This document shows, piece by piece, positions 8,820 to 17,097 of a stretch of 18,165 nt of DNA (the first letter of the stretch is position 1; each line of letters begins with the position of its first letter). The notes under the pieces were generated by a model. It was not told the origin of the DNA. It ran no database searches and saw only the letters and a list, made by a program, of their open reading frames with translations. Both the position numbers and the translations under genes were made by a program. The stretch comes from an uncultured Methanosarcinales archaeon (lineage in GTDB: Archaea > Nanobdellota > Nanobdellia > Woesearchaeales > CAZYIM01), in the NCBI GenBank assembly GCA_964647565.1, contig CAZYIM010000043.1:1-18165 (forward strand), written 5' to 3'.

Positions 8820-9380
8820 ATGTATCCAAAGAAAAAGGAAGATGAAGCTATAGTCTTAGACTTCTTACCGAACGGCTATCCGTTTGATAAAAGGCCAATT
8901 CACATGAAGACTGCAATTGTTCAAGCTATTGGGAAAGAGAATTTCACTCTCCTGGAACTTGTTCCAAAAAAGGGCGTTTTTCTTCAACCTTATGAAGAGG
9001 TTTATATTGGAGATGCAAAGCGAGATAAAATACACCATATAAATGGTAAGATAGATGTAAATAAGCTTACACACACAGCTAAATCTGAGCTTCAACATGT
9101 TATTGTAGAATTAGTTAAGAAACATGAGAAACAGTTTGTTGAATTTTTTAATAATGCACAACCATTAAGTACGAGGATGCATGTTATTGAGCTTCTGCCA
9201 GGAGTTGGCAAAAAACACATGTGGGAAATAGTAGAAGAGCGAAGAGTCAATCCTTTCTCTAGTTTTGATGACTTGAAAAAAAGAGTCAAATTGATGCCAG
9301 ATCCTGAAAAGGTTATCGTCAAGAGAATCCTTGAGGAGCTCACAGGCCATGAGAAGCATCTGCTCTTTGTAGATAAATAA
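8820..9380 (+). CDS. DUF655 family putative RNA-binding protein (OB + HhH)
   Basis: AIVLDFLPNG, QAIG.ENFTLLEL, VYIG...RDKI, RMH.IELLPGVGKK.MWEI.EER...PF.SFDDL..RV; SD GGGGAG before ATG 8820. Confidence 0.92.
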   Translation: MYPKKKEDEAIVLDFLPNGYPFDKRPIHMKTAIVQAIGKENFTLLELVPKKGVFLQPYEEVYIGDAKRDKIHHINGKIDVNKLTHTAKSELQHVIVELVKKHEKQFVEFFNNAQPLSTRMHVIELLPGVGKKHMWEIVEERRVNPFSSFDDLKKRVKLMPDPEKVIVKRILEELTGHEKHLLFVDK

Positions 9381-9456
9381 ATTAGACCGAAAAGTATAAA
9401 AACACCTCGTCGTTTCTTTTATTAAGTGTTCTTCATAATTTTTACGAGGAATTAAA

Positions 9457-10110
9457 TTGGAAACCAAGAAAATAAAGCTAAACGATTATGTAGAAATTGA
9501 CTATACCGGCAGACTGAAAGACGGGGATATTATCTTTGATACTACCGCGGAATCTGTAGCAAAGGAAAACAATCTTACCACTGCAAACGCCAAGTTTGGT
9601 CCAGTCATTGTATGCATAGGAAAAGCACAGCTTTTGCCCGGGCTTGACAAACGGCTTGAAGGCAAAGACGTCGGAAAGCACTCTTTTGAGTTAGAGCCGG
9701 AAGATGCCTTTGGCAAGAAGTCTGCTCAATTATTGAAATTAGTGCCCATGAAGATCTTTAAGCAACAGGGAATAACCCCTTTTGTTGGACTAGAGATTAA
9801 TGTCGACAACTCCATGGGTGTAGTACGAAGTGTAAGCGGTGGCAGGGTCATAGTTGATTTCAATCATCCACTCTCTGGAAGAGAGCTTATTTATGATATA
9901 GATGTCAAGAGGATAGTTACAGACGATAAAGAAAAGATTGAAGCCTTACTAGAACTCAGTGATATTGGTTTTGAAGAAGTAACTATTGCTGAAAAGAAGG
10001 CTGTAATTACTCTTAATAAAGATCTTGATAAGACCCTTGAGGATCTGTTTATAAAAGAGGCTGAGGAAAGTATAGGATTAAAAGAAATTGAATTTAAATC
10101 AAAACAATAA
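9457..10110 (+). CDS. slyD: FKBP-type peptidyl-prolyl cis-trans isomerase, SlyD-like long archaeal form
   Basis: [38 protein letters not shown] motifs; TTG start with GAGG SD; TATA-like CGAAAAGTATAAAA at 9388-9401. Confidence 0.92.
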   Translation: METKKIKLNDYVEIDYTGRLKDGDIIFDTTAESVAKENNLTTANAKFGPVIVCIGKAQLLPGLDKRLEGKDVGKHSFELEPEDAFGKKSAQLLKLVPMKIFKQQGITPFVGLEINVDNSMGVVRSVSGGRVIVDFNHPLSGRELIYDIDVKRIVTDDKEKIEALLELSDIGFEEVTIAEKKAVITLNKDLDKTLEDLFIKEAEESIGLKEIEFKSKQ

Positions 10111-10169
10111 ATTTAAATACTTGCTTTGCCAGTTTAATAGAATTAATTTTCCACTGGGGAGGTGTTAAG

Positions 10170-11291
10170 TTGGACTCCATTATAAAAAACGCAGAAGAAA
10201 ACACAAACAAAGAAGTGAACATAACAGATAATCCAAAGAAGAAAAGCCTTATTGACGAGGAATTGGAAGAAATACTTTCAAAACAAAGGGCAAAGATAAA
10301 GGTTGTTGGAGCTGGCGGTGGTGGTAATAATACCATTAACCGAATTACAGAGGTAGGTATAGTCGGCGCTGAAACAGTTGCTGTAAACACTGATGCTCAA
10401 GATCTATTATATACATCCGCAGATAAGAAGATACTGATGGGTAAGGATCTTACCAGAGGCCTTGGAGCCGGATCAATTCCCAAAGTTGGTGAAGAAGCTG
10501 CACGAGAGAGCGAACATGAAGTTAAAGATGCTCTTGGCGGTGCAGATATGGTATTCATAACATGTGGTCTTGGAGGCGGAACTGGAACTGGAAGTGTGCC
10601 TATAATCGCTGAAGTTTCAAGGAAAATGGGCGCTTTGACAGTCGGTATAGTAACTCTACCATTTGCAATGGAGGGTCACAGACGTTATGAGAACGCAATC
10701 ATGGGCTTAGAGAAGCTCGAAAGGAATGTTGACACTTTGATTGTCATACCCAATGATAAGCTTTTAGAATTGGCTCCTGATCTACCGTTACATACAGCTT
10801 TTAAGGTTGCAGATGAGATCCTGACCAATGCTGTTAAAGGAATTGCAGAGCTGGTGACCAGAGCAGGCCTTGTGAACCTGGATTTTGCAGATATTAGGGC
10901 AGTCATGGGTAATGGCGGAGTAGCTCTTATTGGTGTTGGAGAAAGTGACAGCGAGAACAGGGCTGCTGAAGCTGTTGAAAAAGCACTAAATAATCCTTTA
11001 TTGGATGTTGATGTGGGCGGTGCAAACGGTGCTCTCATTAATATCACAGGAGGTAATGACATGACTCTGAATGAAGCCAAAAAAGTGGTTGAAGAGGTCT
11101 CTGTCAAGCTTGATGAAGATGCAAGGATCATTTGGGGAGCCCAGATCAGCGAGGATCTCGAAGGCACCCTAAGAACTTTATTGATAGTTACAGGTGTTAA
11201 AAGCTCTCAAATAATTGGTGGAGGGCCTAAAGCATCAGTTGAAAAGAAAAAAGAATTTGAAAACGAACTAGGAATCGAATTCCTTGATTAA
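10170..11291 (+). CDS. ftsZ: Cell division protein FtsZ (FtsZ1-type by synteny)
   Basis: [39 protein letters not shown]; strong SD GGGGAGGTG before TTG; followed by secE-spt5. Confidence 0.98.
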   Translation: MDSIIKNAEENTNKEVNITDNPKKKSLIDEELEEILSKQRAKIKVVGAGGGGNNTINRITEVGIVGAETVAVNTDAQDLLYTSADKKILMGKDLTRGLGAGSIPKVGEEAARESEHEVKDALGGADMVFITCGLGGGTGTGSVPIIAEVSRKMGALTVGIVTLPFAMEGHRRYENAIMGLEKLERNVDTLIVIPNDKLLELAPDLPLHTAFKVADEILTNAVKGIAELVTRAGLVNLDFADIRAVMGNGGVALIGVGESDSENRAAEAVEKALNNPLLDVDVGGANGALINITGGNDMTLNEAKKVVEEVSVKLDEDARIIWGAQISEDLEGTLRTLLIVTGVKSSQIIGGGPKASVEKKKEFENELGIEFLD

Positions 11292-11347
11292 TTGTCTCGA
11301 TTTTGTGAAACAAAAACGAGGCTGAGAACAAACAAAGTGAATTGACC

Positions 11348-11512
11348 ATGAGAATAAGAGAAAAATATGAAGAATGTGTAAGGGTTTTAAGGATTACAAA
11401 AAGGCCGGATAAGGAAGAATACAAGACCATTGTGAAGGCATCAGGTCTTGGAATTGCAGTAATTGGAATGATTGGCTTTATTTTAAACATACTTAGACAA
11501 GTACTGATATAA
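11348..11512 (+). CDS. secE: Protein translocase subunit SecE/Sec61-gamma (absent from the ORF track; start uncertain)
   Basis: MRIREKYEECVRVLRITKRPDKEEYKTIVKASGLGIAVIGMIGFILNILRQVLI*; RVL..T.KP..EEY and G...IG.IGF signature; conserved ftsZ-secE-spt5 order. Confidence 0.93.
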   Translation: MRIREKYEECVRVLRITKRPDKEEYKTIVKASGLGIAVIGMIGFILNILRQVLI

Positions 11513-11513
11513 A

Positions 11514-12461
11514 ATGAGTGATAAAAAACAAGAAGCGGAAATGCAAGATGAGGTCCAAGAGGCTCCACAAGAGCCTAAGGAAGTTAGTGAAGATCAAACT
11601 AGTCAAGAAACTGTTGAAGAGACTCCTGAAGCAGAGAAAGAAGAAGCTGTTGAAGAAGAAACATCTCCTGCAGAAGAAGAAACCAAAGAAGAGCCTGCAG
11701 AAGAAGAAACTAAGGAAGAAGCTGAAGCAGAAGCAACGACTGATGAAGCCAAAGATGTTACAGAAGAGATTTTAGAAGACGTGGGTCCTACTGCCAATGC
11801 AGGTCCACTTGCTATGCCCGATAAGCCATCAATAAGTGAAGAAGAGCCTGTAAGGATTGCTGATGGTAGCGAGAAAAAAGAATCTGCACCTCCTAATCTA
11901 TCAGGTGATAAAAAGATCAAAACTACGGTTTTGGGACCTATGCCTGTCAAAGAGGAAGAAGTCGAAGAAGTCAAAGAAGATGAAACTGAATTTAATACTA
12001 AGATTTTCGCACTCAGAACCACTGCTAACAGGGAAGACCAGGTAATGAGCTTTGTCTTTAGCAATGCAGCAAGAAAAAAACTGAAAGTTTATGCAGTTAT
12101 TAGGCCTCATGGAATGAGAGGTTATATATTTCTTGAAGCAGAAACTCGATCTGATGCAGAGCAAGCAGCATTTGGCGTGCCATATGCAAGAGGCGTTCTT
12201 CCTAATGAAATTGAATATTCTGAAATCGAGCACATGTTGGAGCAGGTCAAGAGAGATGTCAATATCAAGAAAAATGATATTGCCGAGATCATATCAGGAC
12301 CTTTCAAGCGTGAAAAATGCAAGATCACAAGAATCGATAAGGGCAAAGAAGAGGTCGTTGTCGAGCTTCTCGAGGCTGCTGTACCAATCCCTATGACCAT
12401 GAAGATGGATTCTGTTAAGGTCATCCGTAGGGATGAAGACGCTGCTGAAGACAAGAAATAA
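11514..12461 (+). CDS. spt5: Transcription elongation factor Spt5/NusG with long acidic N-terminal extension
   Basis: NGN domain from about 12000 (IFALRTTANRE...RGYIFLEA) and KOW motif (EIISGPFKREKCKITRID..KEEVVVELLEAAVPIP); first ~160 aa are Glu/Pro/Ala-rich. Confidence 0.95.
   Translation: MSDKKQEAEMQDEVQEAPQEPKEVSEDQTSQETVEETPEAEKEEAVEEETSPAEEETKEEPAEEETKEEAEAEATTDEAKDVTEEILEDVGPTANAGPLAMPDKPSISEEEPVRIADGSEKKESAPPNLSGDKKIKTTVLGPMPVKEEEVEEVKEDETEFNTKIFALRTTANREDQVMSFVFSNAARKKLKVYAVIRPHGMRGYIFLEAETRSDAEQAAFGVPYARGVLPNEIEYSEIEHMLEQVKRDVNIKKNDIAEIISGPFKREKCKITRIDKGKEEVVVELLEAAVPIPMTMKMDSVKVIRRDEDAAEDKK
11667..11720 (+). repeat. 27-nt tandem duplication (PAEEETKEE x2) inside the Spt5 extension
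   Basis: CCTGCAGAAGAAGAAACCAAAGAAGAG / CCTGCAGAAGAAGAAACTAAGGAAGAA, with degenerate flanking copies. Confidence 0.8.
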
Positions 12462-12534
12462 TTTTTCTATTTTCTTAACTTTATAGTAATAACTATCGTA
12501 AGATTTATTAATATTTTATATTTCTTTGTTTCTT

Positions 12535-13464
12535 ATGCCCGAAAAAGCAATCGTATCCTATGATGAAATCTTGAGTGTAGACACTATTAGCGCTCTTATG
12601 GAAATCTATCAGGATAAAAGATATACACCCAAAAACAGAAATGAGTTTCTGGCAATCCTTAAACGTGATTGGGCTTTAGAAAAAAATAGGCTTTATCATA
12701 TGGCTTGTGAACTGCCTGTACCAAATAAAATACAATCTTTGGATGTTGTGATTGATAAAGTGAAATACTCTATCTTTGGTATCTCCCATGCTGATGATAT
12801 TGGTGATGCATATGTTCAAATGATCACTTCTGAAATGAATACAAAGAAAAATTTAGTATGGGAAGGTAACATCACGTCTAAATTTCCTGATATTCAAAAT
12901 GGTATCGAATTAGGATGTCCTTCAACTATCCCTACTTACATTTTAGTTGGTAAAGGTATAAAAAAATTTCATAGACAAATTCTAAGGAAATTAAAAATCA
13001 AACCAGTTCCTAAAGATAATTCTATTGCTCATATTAGAAGATTCAACTATCCTGTGGAAGCGAGATGGTCAAAACAATTACCTGCTTATGTTGAAATCAG
13101 GCTCAAGGAAGAGCACAAACATCCTGGGTACAGCTATACAGAAAAAATGTCTGGATTCCAGGCTGAATTTATGAAAGCTTGGAAACCCGGTGAAGATAAA
13201 AATATCCTAAACGGAAATTTTCATCCAACAGAGGTTAGGTATTTCCTCAATAATCAAATAAAGAGTCAAAAAATTGTTGATAGGGCGTGGGGATTAGCTG
13301 AACTGCTAAATCAGGGAAAAGTTGATGATTATGAATTTAGAAAAGATATGTTAATGGATAAATTCCATAATAAAGTAGAATTAGGTTATAATACGAGTCT
13401 TATTTTGGGTGGAATTATTTTTTCTATAGTTGGTCATGCATTAATAGACTTGTTACCAAAATAG
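12535..13464 (+). CDS. Hypothetical membrane-anchored protein, possibly a divergent TraB/Tiki/ChaN-fold member
   Basis: SIFGISHA...LVWEG...ILNGNFHP occur in the order of the TraB G..H / E / G..H motifs; C-terminal TM helix. ATG 12535 preferred over TTG 12526. Confidence 0.6.
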   Translation: MPEKAIVSYDEILSVDTISALMEIYQDKRYTPKNRNEFLAILKRDWALEKNRLYHMACELPVPNKIQSLDVVIDKVKYSIFGISHADDIGDAYVQMITSEMNTKKNLVWEGNITSKFPDIQNGIELGCPSTIPTYILVGKGIKKFHRQILRKLKIKPVPKDNSIAHIRRFNYPVEARWSKQLPAYVEIRLKEEHKHPGYSYTEKMSGFQAEFMKAWKPGEDKNILNGNFHPTEVRYFLNNQIKSQKIVDRAWGLAELLNQGKVDDYEFRKDMLMDKFHNKVELGYNTSLILGGIIFSIVGHALIDLLPK

Positions 13465-13606
13465 GCTCTATTCCGAATGCTTACGCAGAAAATTTTTCTG
13501 CACTTCGCACCCCTTATGTTATCGATTGTAAACCGATTCTATTTTAATCAGATCCTGAACACTTGGCTACGCTAGGCAGGAAAAATCTTCCTTTCTGAAT
13601 AGTGCC
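13464..13606. mobile_element. 143-bp MITE (IS1595-like ends), no transposase
   Basis: Left end GGCTCTATTCCGAA vs reverse complement of the right end GGCACTATTCAGAA (12/14); direct repeats CCAAAATA at 13456-13463 and 13607-13614; internal palindrome GCAGAAAA-T-TTTTCTGC (13485-13501). Confidence 0.8.
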
Positions 13607-13651
13607 CCAAAATAAAAAAATATAAAAACCACATTTACAAAAAATTAGTTT

Positions 13652-14479
13652 ATGTTTCGCAAGTATGGTTTTATAGGCATCTTTCTGCTATTATTTGCCC
13701 AGCTTAACTTTATCTTTAAGATACAGCCTTTTGCAGACTGGTACATACCGATAATATGGCTTGGCTATATCTTTGTTGTTGATGCTATTGTCTTTAAATT
13801 AAAGAAAGAATCCTTGATAGCATCTCATTCCAAGAGATTTATTTGGATCTGCCTTTTATCTGTAGTTTTCTGGGCTATTTTCGAGATATACAACCTCTAT
13901 ACCCAAAACTGGATCTATTCAGACTTCTCTTGGATTATCCATGCTGTTGATTTCCTGATAATCATGCCCGCTATCTTTGAGACAGCAGACTTATTGAACT
14001 GTTTAAAGATATTCAACCATCTTCATCTTAAAAAACACCATAAGATCACCAAAGAGGCCTTATACAGCCTTATTATCTTAGGCGTAATCTTCACAATATT
14101 GCCATTCATCTTCCCAAAAGAAGCATTCTTCACTGTCTGGCTAGGCTTTTTCCTCATACTTGATCCGATCAACTATCTACATAACCAACCCTCTTTGATC
14201 AGGTTCATTGCCAACGGCAAGCTAAGAATCCCGGTCATCCTATTCCTGGGAGGTATTATTTGCGGCATCTTATTTGAATTCTGGAATTTCTATGCAGTAC
14301 CCAAATGGATATATAACATTCCTTATGTCGGTATTTGGAAGGTGTTTGAGATGCCGCTTCTAGGTTATTTTGGTTATGGTCCTTTTGCATTTGAACTCTT
14401 TTCCATGTATTGGTTTATAGAAAGCCTGTTCCATCATAAGAAACATATCCTAAAGGAGAACAAGGAGATAACAGACTAA
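13652..14479 (+). CDS. Multi-pass membrane protein of unknown function, internally duplicated
   Basis: About 8 TM segments; FWAIFEIYNLYTQNWIY and ILFEFWNFYAVPKWIY halves; FEMPLLGYFGY motif. Confidence 0.8.
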   Translation: MFRKYGFIGIFLLLFAQLNFIFKIQPFADWYIPIIWLGYIFVVDAIVFKLKKESLIASHSKRFIWICLLSVVFWAIFEIYNLYTQNWIYSDFSWIIHAVDFLIIMPAIFETADLLNCLKIFNHLHLKKHHKITKEALYSLIILGVIFTILPFIFPKEAFFTVWLGFFLILDPINYLHNQPSLIRFIANGKLRIPVILFLGGIICGILFEFWNFYAVPKWIYNIPYVGIWKVFEMPLLGYFGYGPFAFELFSMYWFIESLFHHKKHILKENKEITD

Positions 14480-14480
14480 C

Positions 14481-14568
14481 AAAGCTGCAACATTGACGCA
14501 GATGGAAGGTTTCCTTCCAAGGTTTTTCGAAGAAAAACCGTTCTGCCCGTCAATGATGTTGCTGCTTT
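14481..14568 (+). other. Branched (three-way junction) inverted-repeat element followed by a T-run; REP-like, ncRNA or terminator
   Basis: Outer stem AAAGC/GCTTT, GCAACA/TGTTGC, TTGAC/GTCAA, GCAGA/TCTGC encloses two perfect hairpins, GGAAGG-TTT-CCTTCC and GGTTTTTC-GAA-GAAAAACC. Confidence 0.7.
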
Positions 14569-14608
14569 TTTAATTATATTTATATATTTAATTTAATTTC
14601 TGCATCTC

Positions 14609-15592
14609 ATGGGCATACCGAATATAGATCCTGCCCGTTTAGGACAGGTGGTTGTTAATAGAATCTATGAAACTAAAGAGCAGTTCATTGATGATCCAGT
14701 AATTGCTTTGTATAACATTGGCAGATATCTAAAAGAAGATCCCCATTGGGGCCCAGTCTATGTAAGTGATGTGGTTGGCTGCAACTATCGTTGCGCCCAT
14801 TGCTGGGTTGCAGATGATGCATTGAACGGTCACCTGGATTCTGAATTCATAATTAAGAAAACCTCTGGATTCGTAAATTCTTTTAAGGGCAGTAGTTTAC
14901 ACAAAGTAGATGATATCTATCCGTATCTGAGAAATAAAGCAGATAAACTTGAAAATAAGATTCTAGCATTTACAGGAGGCGAAACAACCCTGTACAGAGG
15001 CGGAATTAAGCGTCTAGGAGAGCTTGCTAAGTATACAGGCGTTAGAATTGGTCTTGACACAAACGGCTTTCAGATCGCACAGGATCCAGCCTATTTGGAT
15101 GCGCTTGAAGGCCTGCAGGATGTGTTGAACTTCTATGTTTCCTTAAAGGACGTGATGTTTTCCAGCTTTAACAGGTTTACTGGTGTCAAAGAGGAGTATT
15201 GTGATCATGGATTCATTGCCATGGAGAACTTATTAAAAAGAGGCTTTCTGGCTATTCCAGGTGGAATCGTATTAAACACATTCGGATATGATAATGATCC
15301 AGAATTCTGTGCAGATATGCTGTTCTCAAGGCTTTCAGTTATCCATGACGACCTACCTAAGCTAGTTTCATATCACAAGATCTCCACTATGGTTCACGAT
15401 CGTAAGGCACAATCCACAAAGATGAAAAGCAGAGGTTATCTAAATACCAAACCCTCGATGATGGAAAAGATCATTCTTGATAAATTTTCGCATAAAGGAA
15501 GTCCTATCCTCGAAGCTCAGCCAGAGAATACAGATATTCCTGGCTCTATCTTAAAAGAAAAAATATTAAAAAAAATAATTAAAGAAATTTAG
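14609..15592 (+). CDS. Radical SAM protein (resembles COG5014-type Fe-S oxidoreductases)
   Basis: DVVGCNYRCAHCW (CxxxCxxC, 14780-14803), FTGGET, LDTNG, YVSLK motifs. Confidence 0.9.
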   Translation: MGIPNIDPARLGQVVVNRIYETKEQFIDDPVIALYNIGRYLKEDPHWGPVYVSDVVGCNYRCAHCWVADDALNGHLDSEFIIKKTSGFVNSFKGSSLHKVDDIYPYLRNKADKLENKILAFTGGETTLYRGGIKRLGELAKYTGVRIGLDTNGFQIAQDPAYLDALEGLQDVLNFYVSLKDVMFSSFNRFTGVKEEYCDHGFIAMENLLKRGFLAIPGGIVLNTFGYDNDPEFCADMLFSRLSVIHDDLPKLVSYHKISTMVHDRKAQSTKMKSRGYLNTKPSMMEKIILDKFSHKGSPILEAQPENTDIPGSILKEKILKKIIKEI

Positions 15593-15594
15593 TT

Positions 15595-17097
15595 CTAAGG
15601 CGGCAGTGGAGGCGCACAATAGATATCTCCTTCAAATGTGCAAACACCAGTTGCAGGAGTATAGATCTCTTCTGCATCAACCTCTACCCAATAACCTCTT
15701 CCTGCAAACATCCTGTCTGAGAGAATCTCTCCGCTGTCAGGGCATATACCTAAGCCTATCCATTCTGGATGATGATCTCCACAGTTGACAAAGCTCCACA
15801 ATGCACTCCATTTAGGTGTTCCGATTGTCGTATCAATCAAAGTGCCTAGAGCACAATAAACACTGTCTCCATAGACAAATGGAGCGTCTGGATCAAATGG
15901 TGCTTCACAAATGAAGTTATAGTCATCTGTTACAGGATAGTCCTGCCATCCAGTTCCATAGTAGCCGATCAGGTTCCAACCAGGCATAAGTACTTTGGAA
16001 GGTGGCAGTTCAGGACCTTGTTTCAAAAGATTTCCTCCAATGGTCAATACCTCATGATCTAAGAGTTCAAATGCCCAGTATCCCCAACCTGGCAATACTT
16101 GAGTAAGTGAATCTTCTGTCTCGTTTCCAGGGAACCATGATAGCCATTCTCCTGTCTCAGAGTCATAGGTCCAGATTGATTCCAAACCTTCAAGATGTCC
16201 AAAGACTGAATCTGGATTGTCATCCAATAGGATGAAAGGTACGGATATTAGGTTCCATTTCTTATAGAGATGGATCTCAAAGGAGGTACCTCCTACCTTA
16301 AATTTCTCATCATCTATTGGTCCCTTGTTTCCTACTAGATCTTCACAGTAATATTTGAGGTTGTGTTCACTTTCTTCCTTGAATAGGAAATTAGTGATTT
16401 CGCCATCAGCACAACAGTAACCGTCTCCAGTTGCGTTGTAATTGCCGCCGTAATATGAACAATAATCTTCTGTATAATCTTCTGCGTCCAATTCAACATT
16501 GAAGCACAGTCTCTTCAAGCCAACAGGATGAGGATCTGGATCTACACAAGATAAGTTTAGAGGTGTTGTCATAGTTACTCTATAACAATCAATGCCATCT
16601 TCTTCTGCCCAGCATCTCTCGGCAAGGTCATAGAAGTGAGCATCAGTTCCATCCCAAACTGCTTTTGGTTCTCCTACAGTCTTTACAGGTTCCGGTCCGA
16701 GTGCATCTACATAGACACATTGCTTTTTGACGTCTTCAACCTTATCTACATTGTCAACACTGTAGTATTCAATCAAATGACATGAATCTTCGTCTATTAA
16801 AAATGATTGGCCTTCCAAAACAGTCCAATCTCCTGATCCTTGAGCATTCTCACATTCTGCTGGTGCATCCTCACAGAAGATGTCATCAACAAGTGTAACC
16901 CTATATTGGGTCTCTTTTACTCCCGATGGATGTGGTAACGGGTCAAAAGTTGTAAGATAGATCTCTGTGAATGGACCTATCCATTTTGGATAACCGCTTG
17001 TTGGATCAAAGAATATTACTGGCTGCCCATACTCTTTGGTCGTCACTGGCGGTGTCTTATCAACATAGAAACAATCCCACTTGATATCTGTTTTAGC
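15595..17097 (-). CDS. C-terminal part of the giant surface protein: OmpL47-like beta modules plus two WNLI...GxGYW modules
   Basis: The frame is open from 17097 (AKTDIKWDCFYVDKTPPVTTKEYG...), right after the TGA of the upstream ORF. Motifs HLIEYYSVDNVD, HNLKYYCEDLVGN, KWNLISVP...PGWGYW, GWNLIGY...AGRGYW; no signal peptide of its own. Confidence 0.75.
   Translation of the reverse strand, partial: AKTDIKWDCFYVDKTPPVTTKEYGQPVIFFDPTSGYPKWIGPFTEIYLTTFDPLPHPSGVKETQYRVTLVDDIFCEDAPAECENAQGSGDWTVLEGQSFLIDEDSCHLIEYYSVDNVDKVEDVKKQCVYVDALGPEPVKTVGEPKAVWDGTDAHFYDLAERCWAEEDGIDCYRVTMTTPLNLSCVDPDPHPVGLKRLCFNVELDAEDYTEDYCSYYGGNYNATGDGYCCADGEITNFLFKEESEHNLKYYCEDLVGNKGPIDDEKFKVGGTSFEIHLYKKWNLISVPFILLDDNPDSVFGHLEGLESIWTYDSETGEWLSWFPGNETEDSLTQVLPGWGYWAFELLDHEVLTIGGNLLKQGPELPPSKVLMPGWNLIGYYGTGWQDYPVTDDYNFICEAPFDPDAPFVYGDSVYCALGTLIDTTIGTPKWSALWSFVNCGDHHPEWIGLGICPDSGEILSDRMFAGRGYWVEVDAEEIYTPATGVCTFEGDIYCAPPLPP

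Noticed and set aside
9405..9449. CCTCGT/ACGAGG inverted repeat that could sequester the slyD SD
   Set aside because: Only 6 bp with a long loop, and the 5' arm probably lies upstream of the TSS implied by the TATA box at 9388-9401.
2947..12454. Many short nested or antisense ORFs in the track (e.g. 2947, 5559, 6195, 7455, 8079, 8464, 8865, 9092, 9165, 9478, 9501, 10094, 10685, 11227, 11518, 11603, 11857, 11901, 12122, 12133)
   Set aside because: They overlap well-supported genes and have no motifs; the Lys-rich 11518 and Ser-rich 11603 ORFs are alternate readings of the GAA-rich Spt5 tail.
14481..14568. tRNA or archaeal SECIS
   Set aside because: Only two inner arms, no T-loop/D-loop consensus or 7-nt anticodon loop; it follows a gene without an in-frame TGA and is far from the TGA-containing gene.
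17044..17046. GTG 17046 as an independent gene start
   Set aside because: It falls inside the conserved VDKTPPVT linker, has no signal peptide after it, and the upstream 17 codons are clearly homologous coding sequence.
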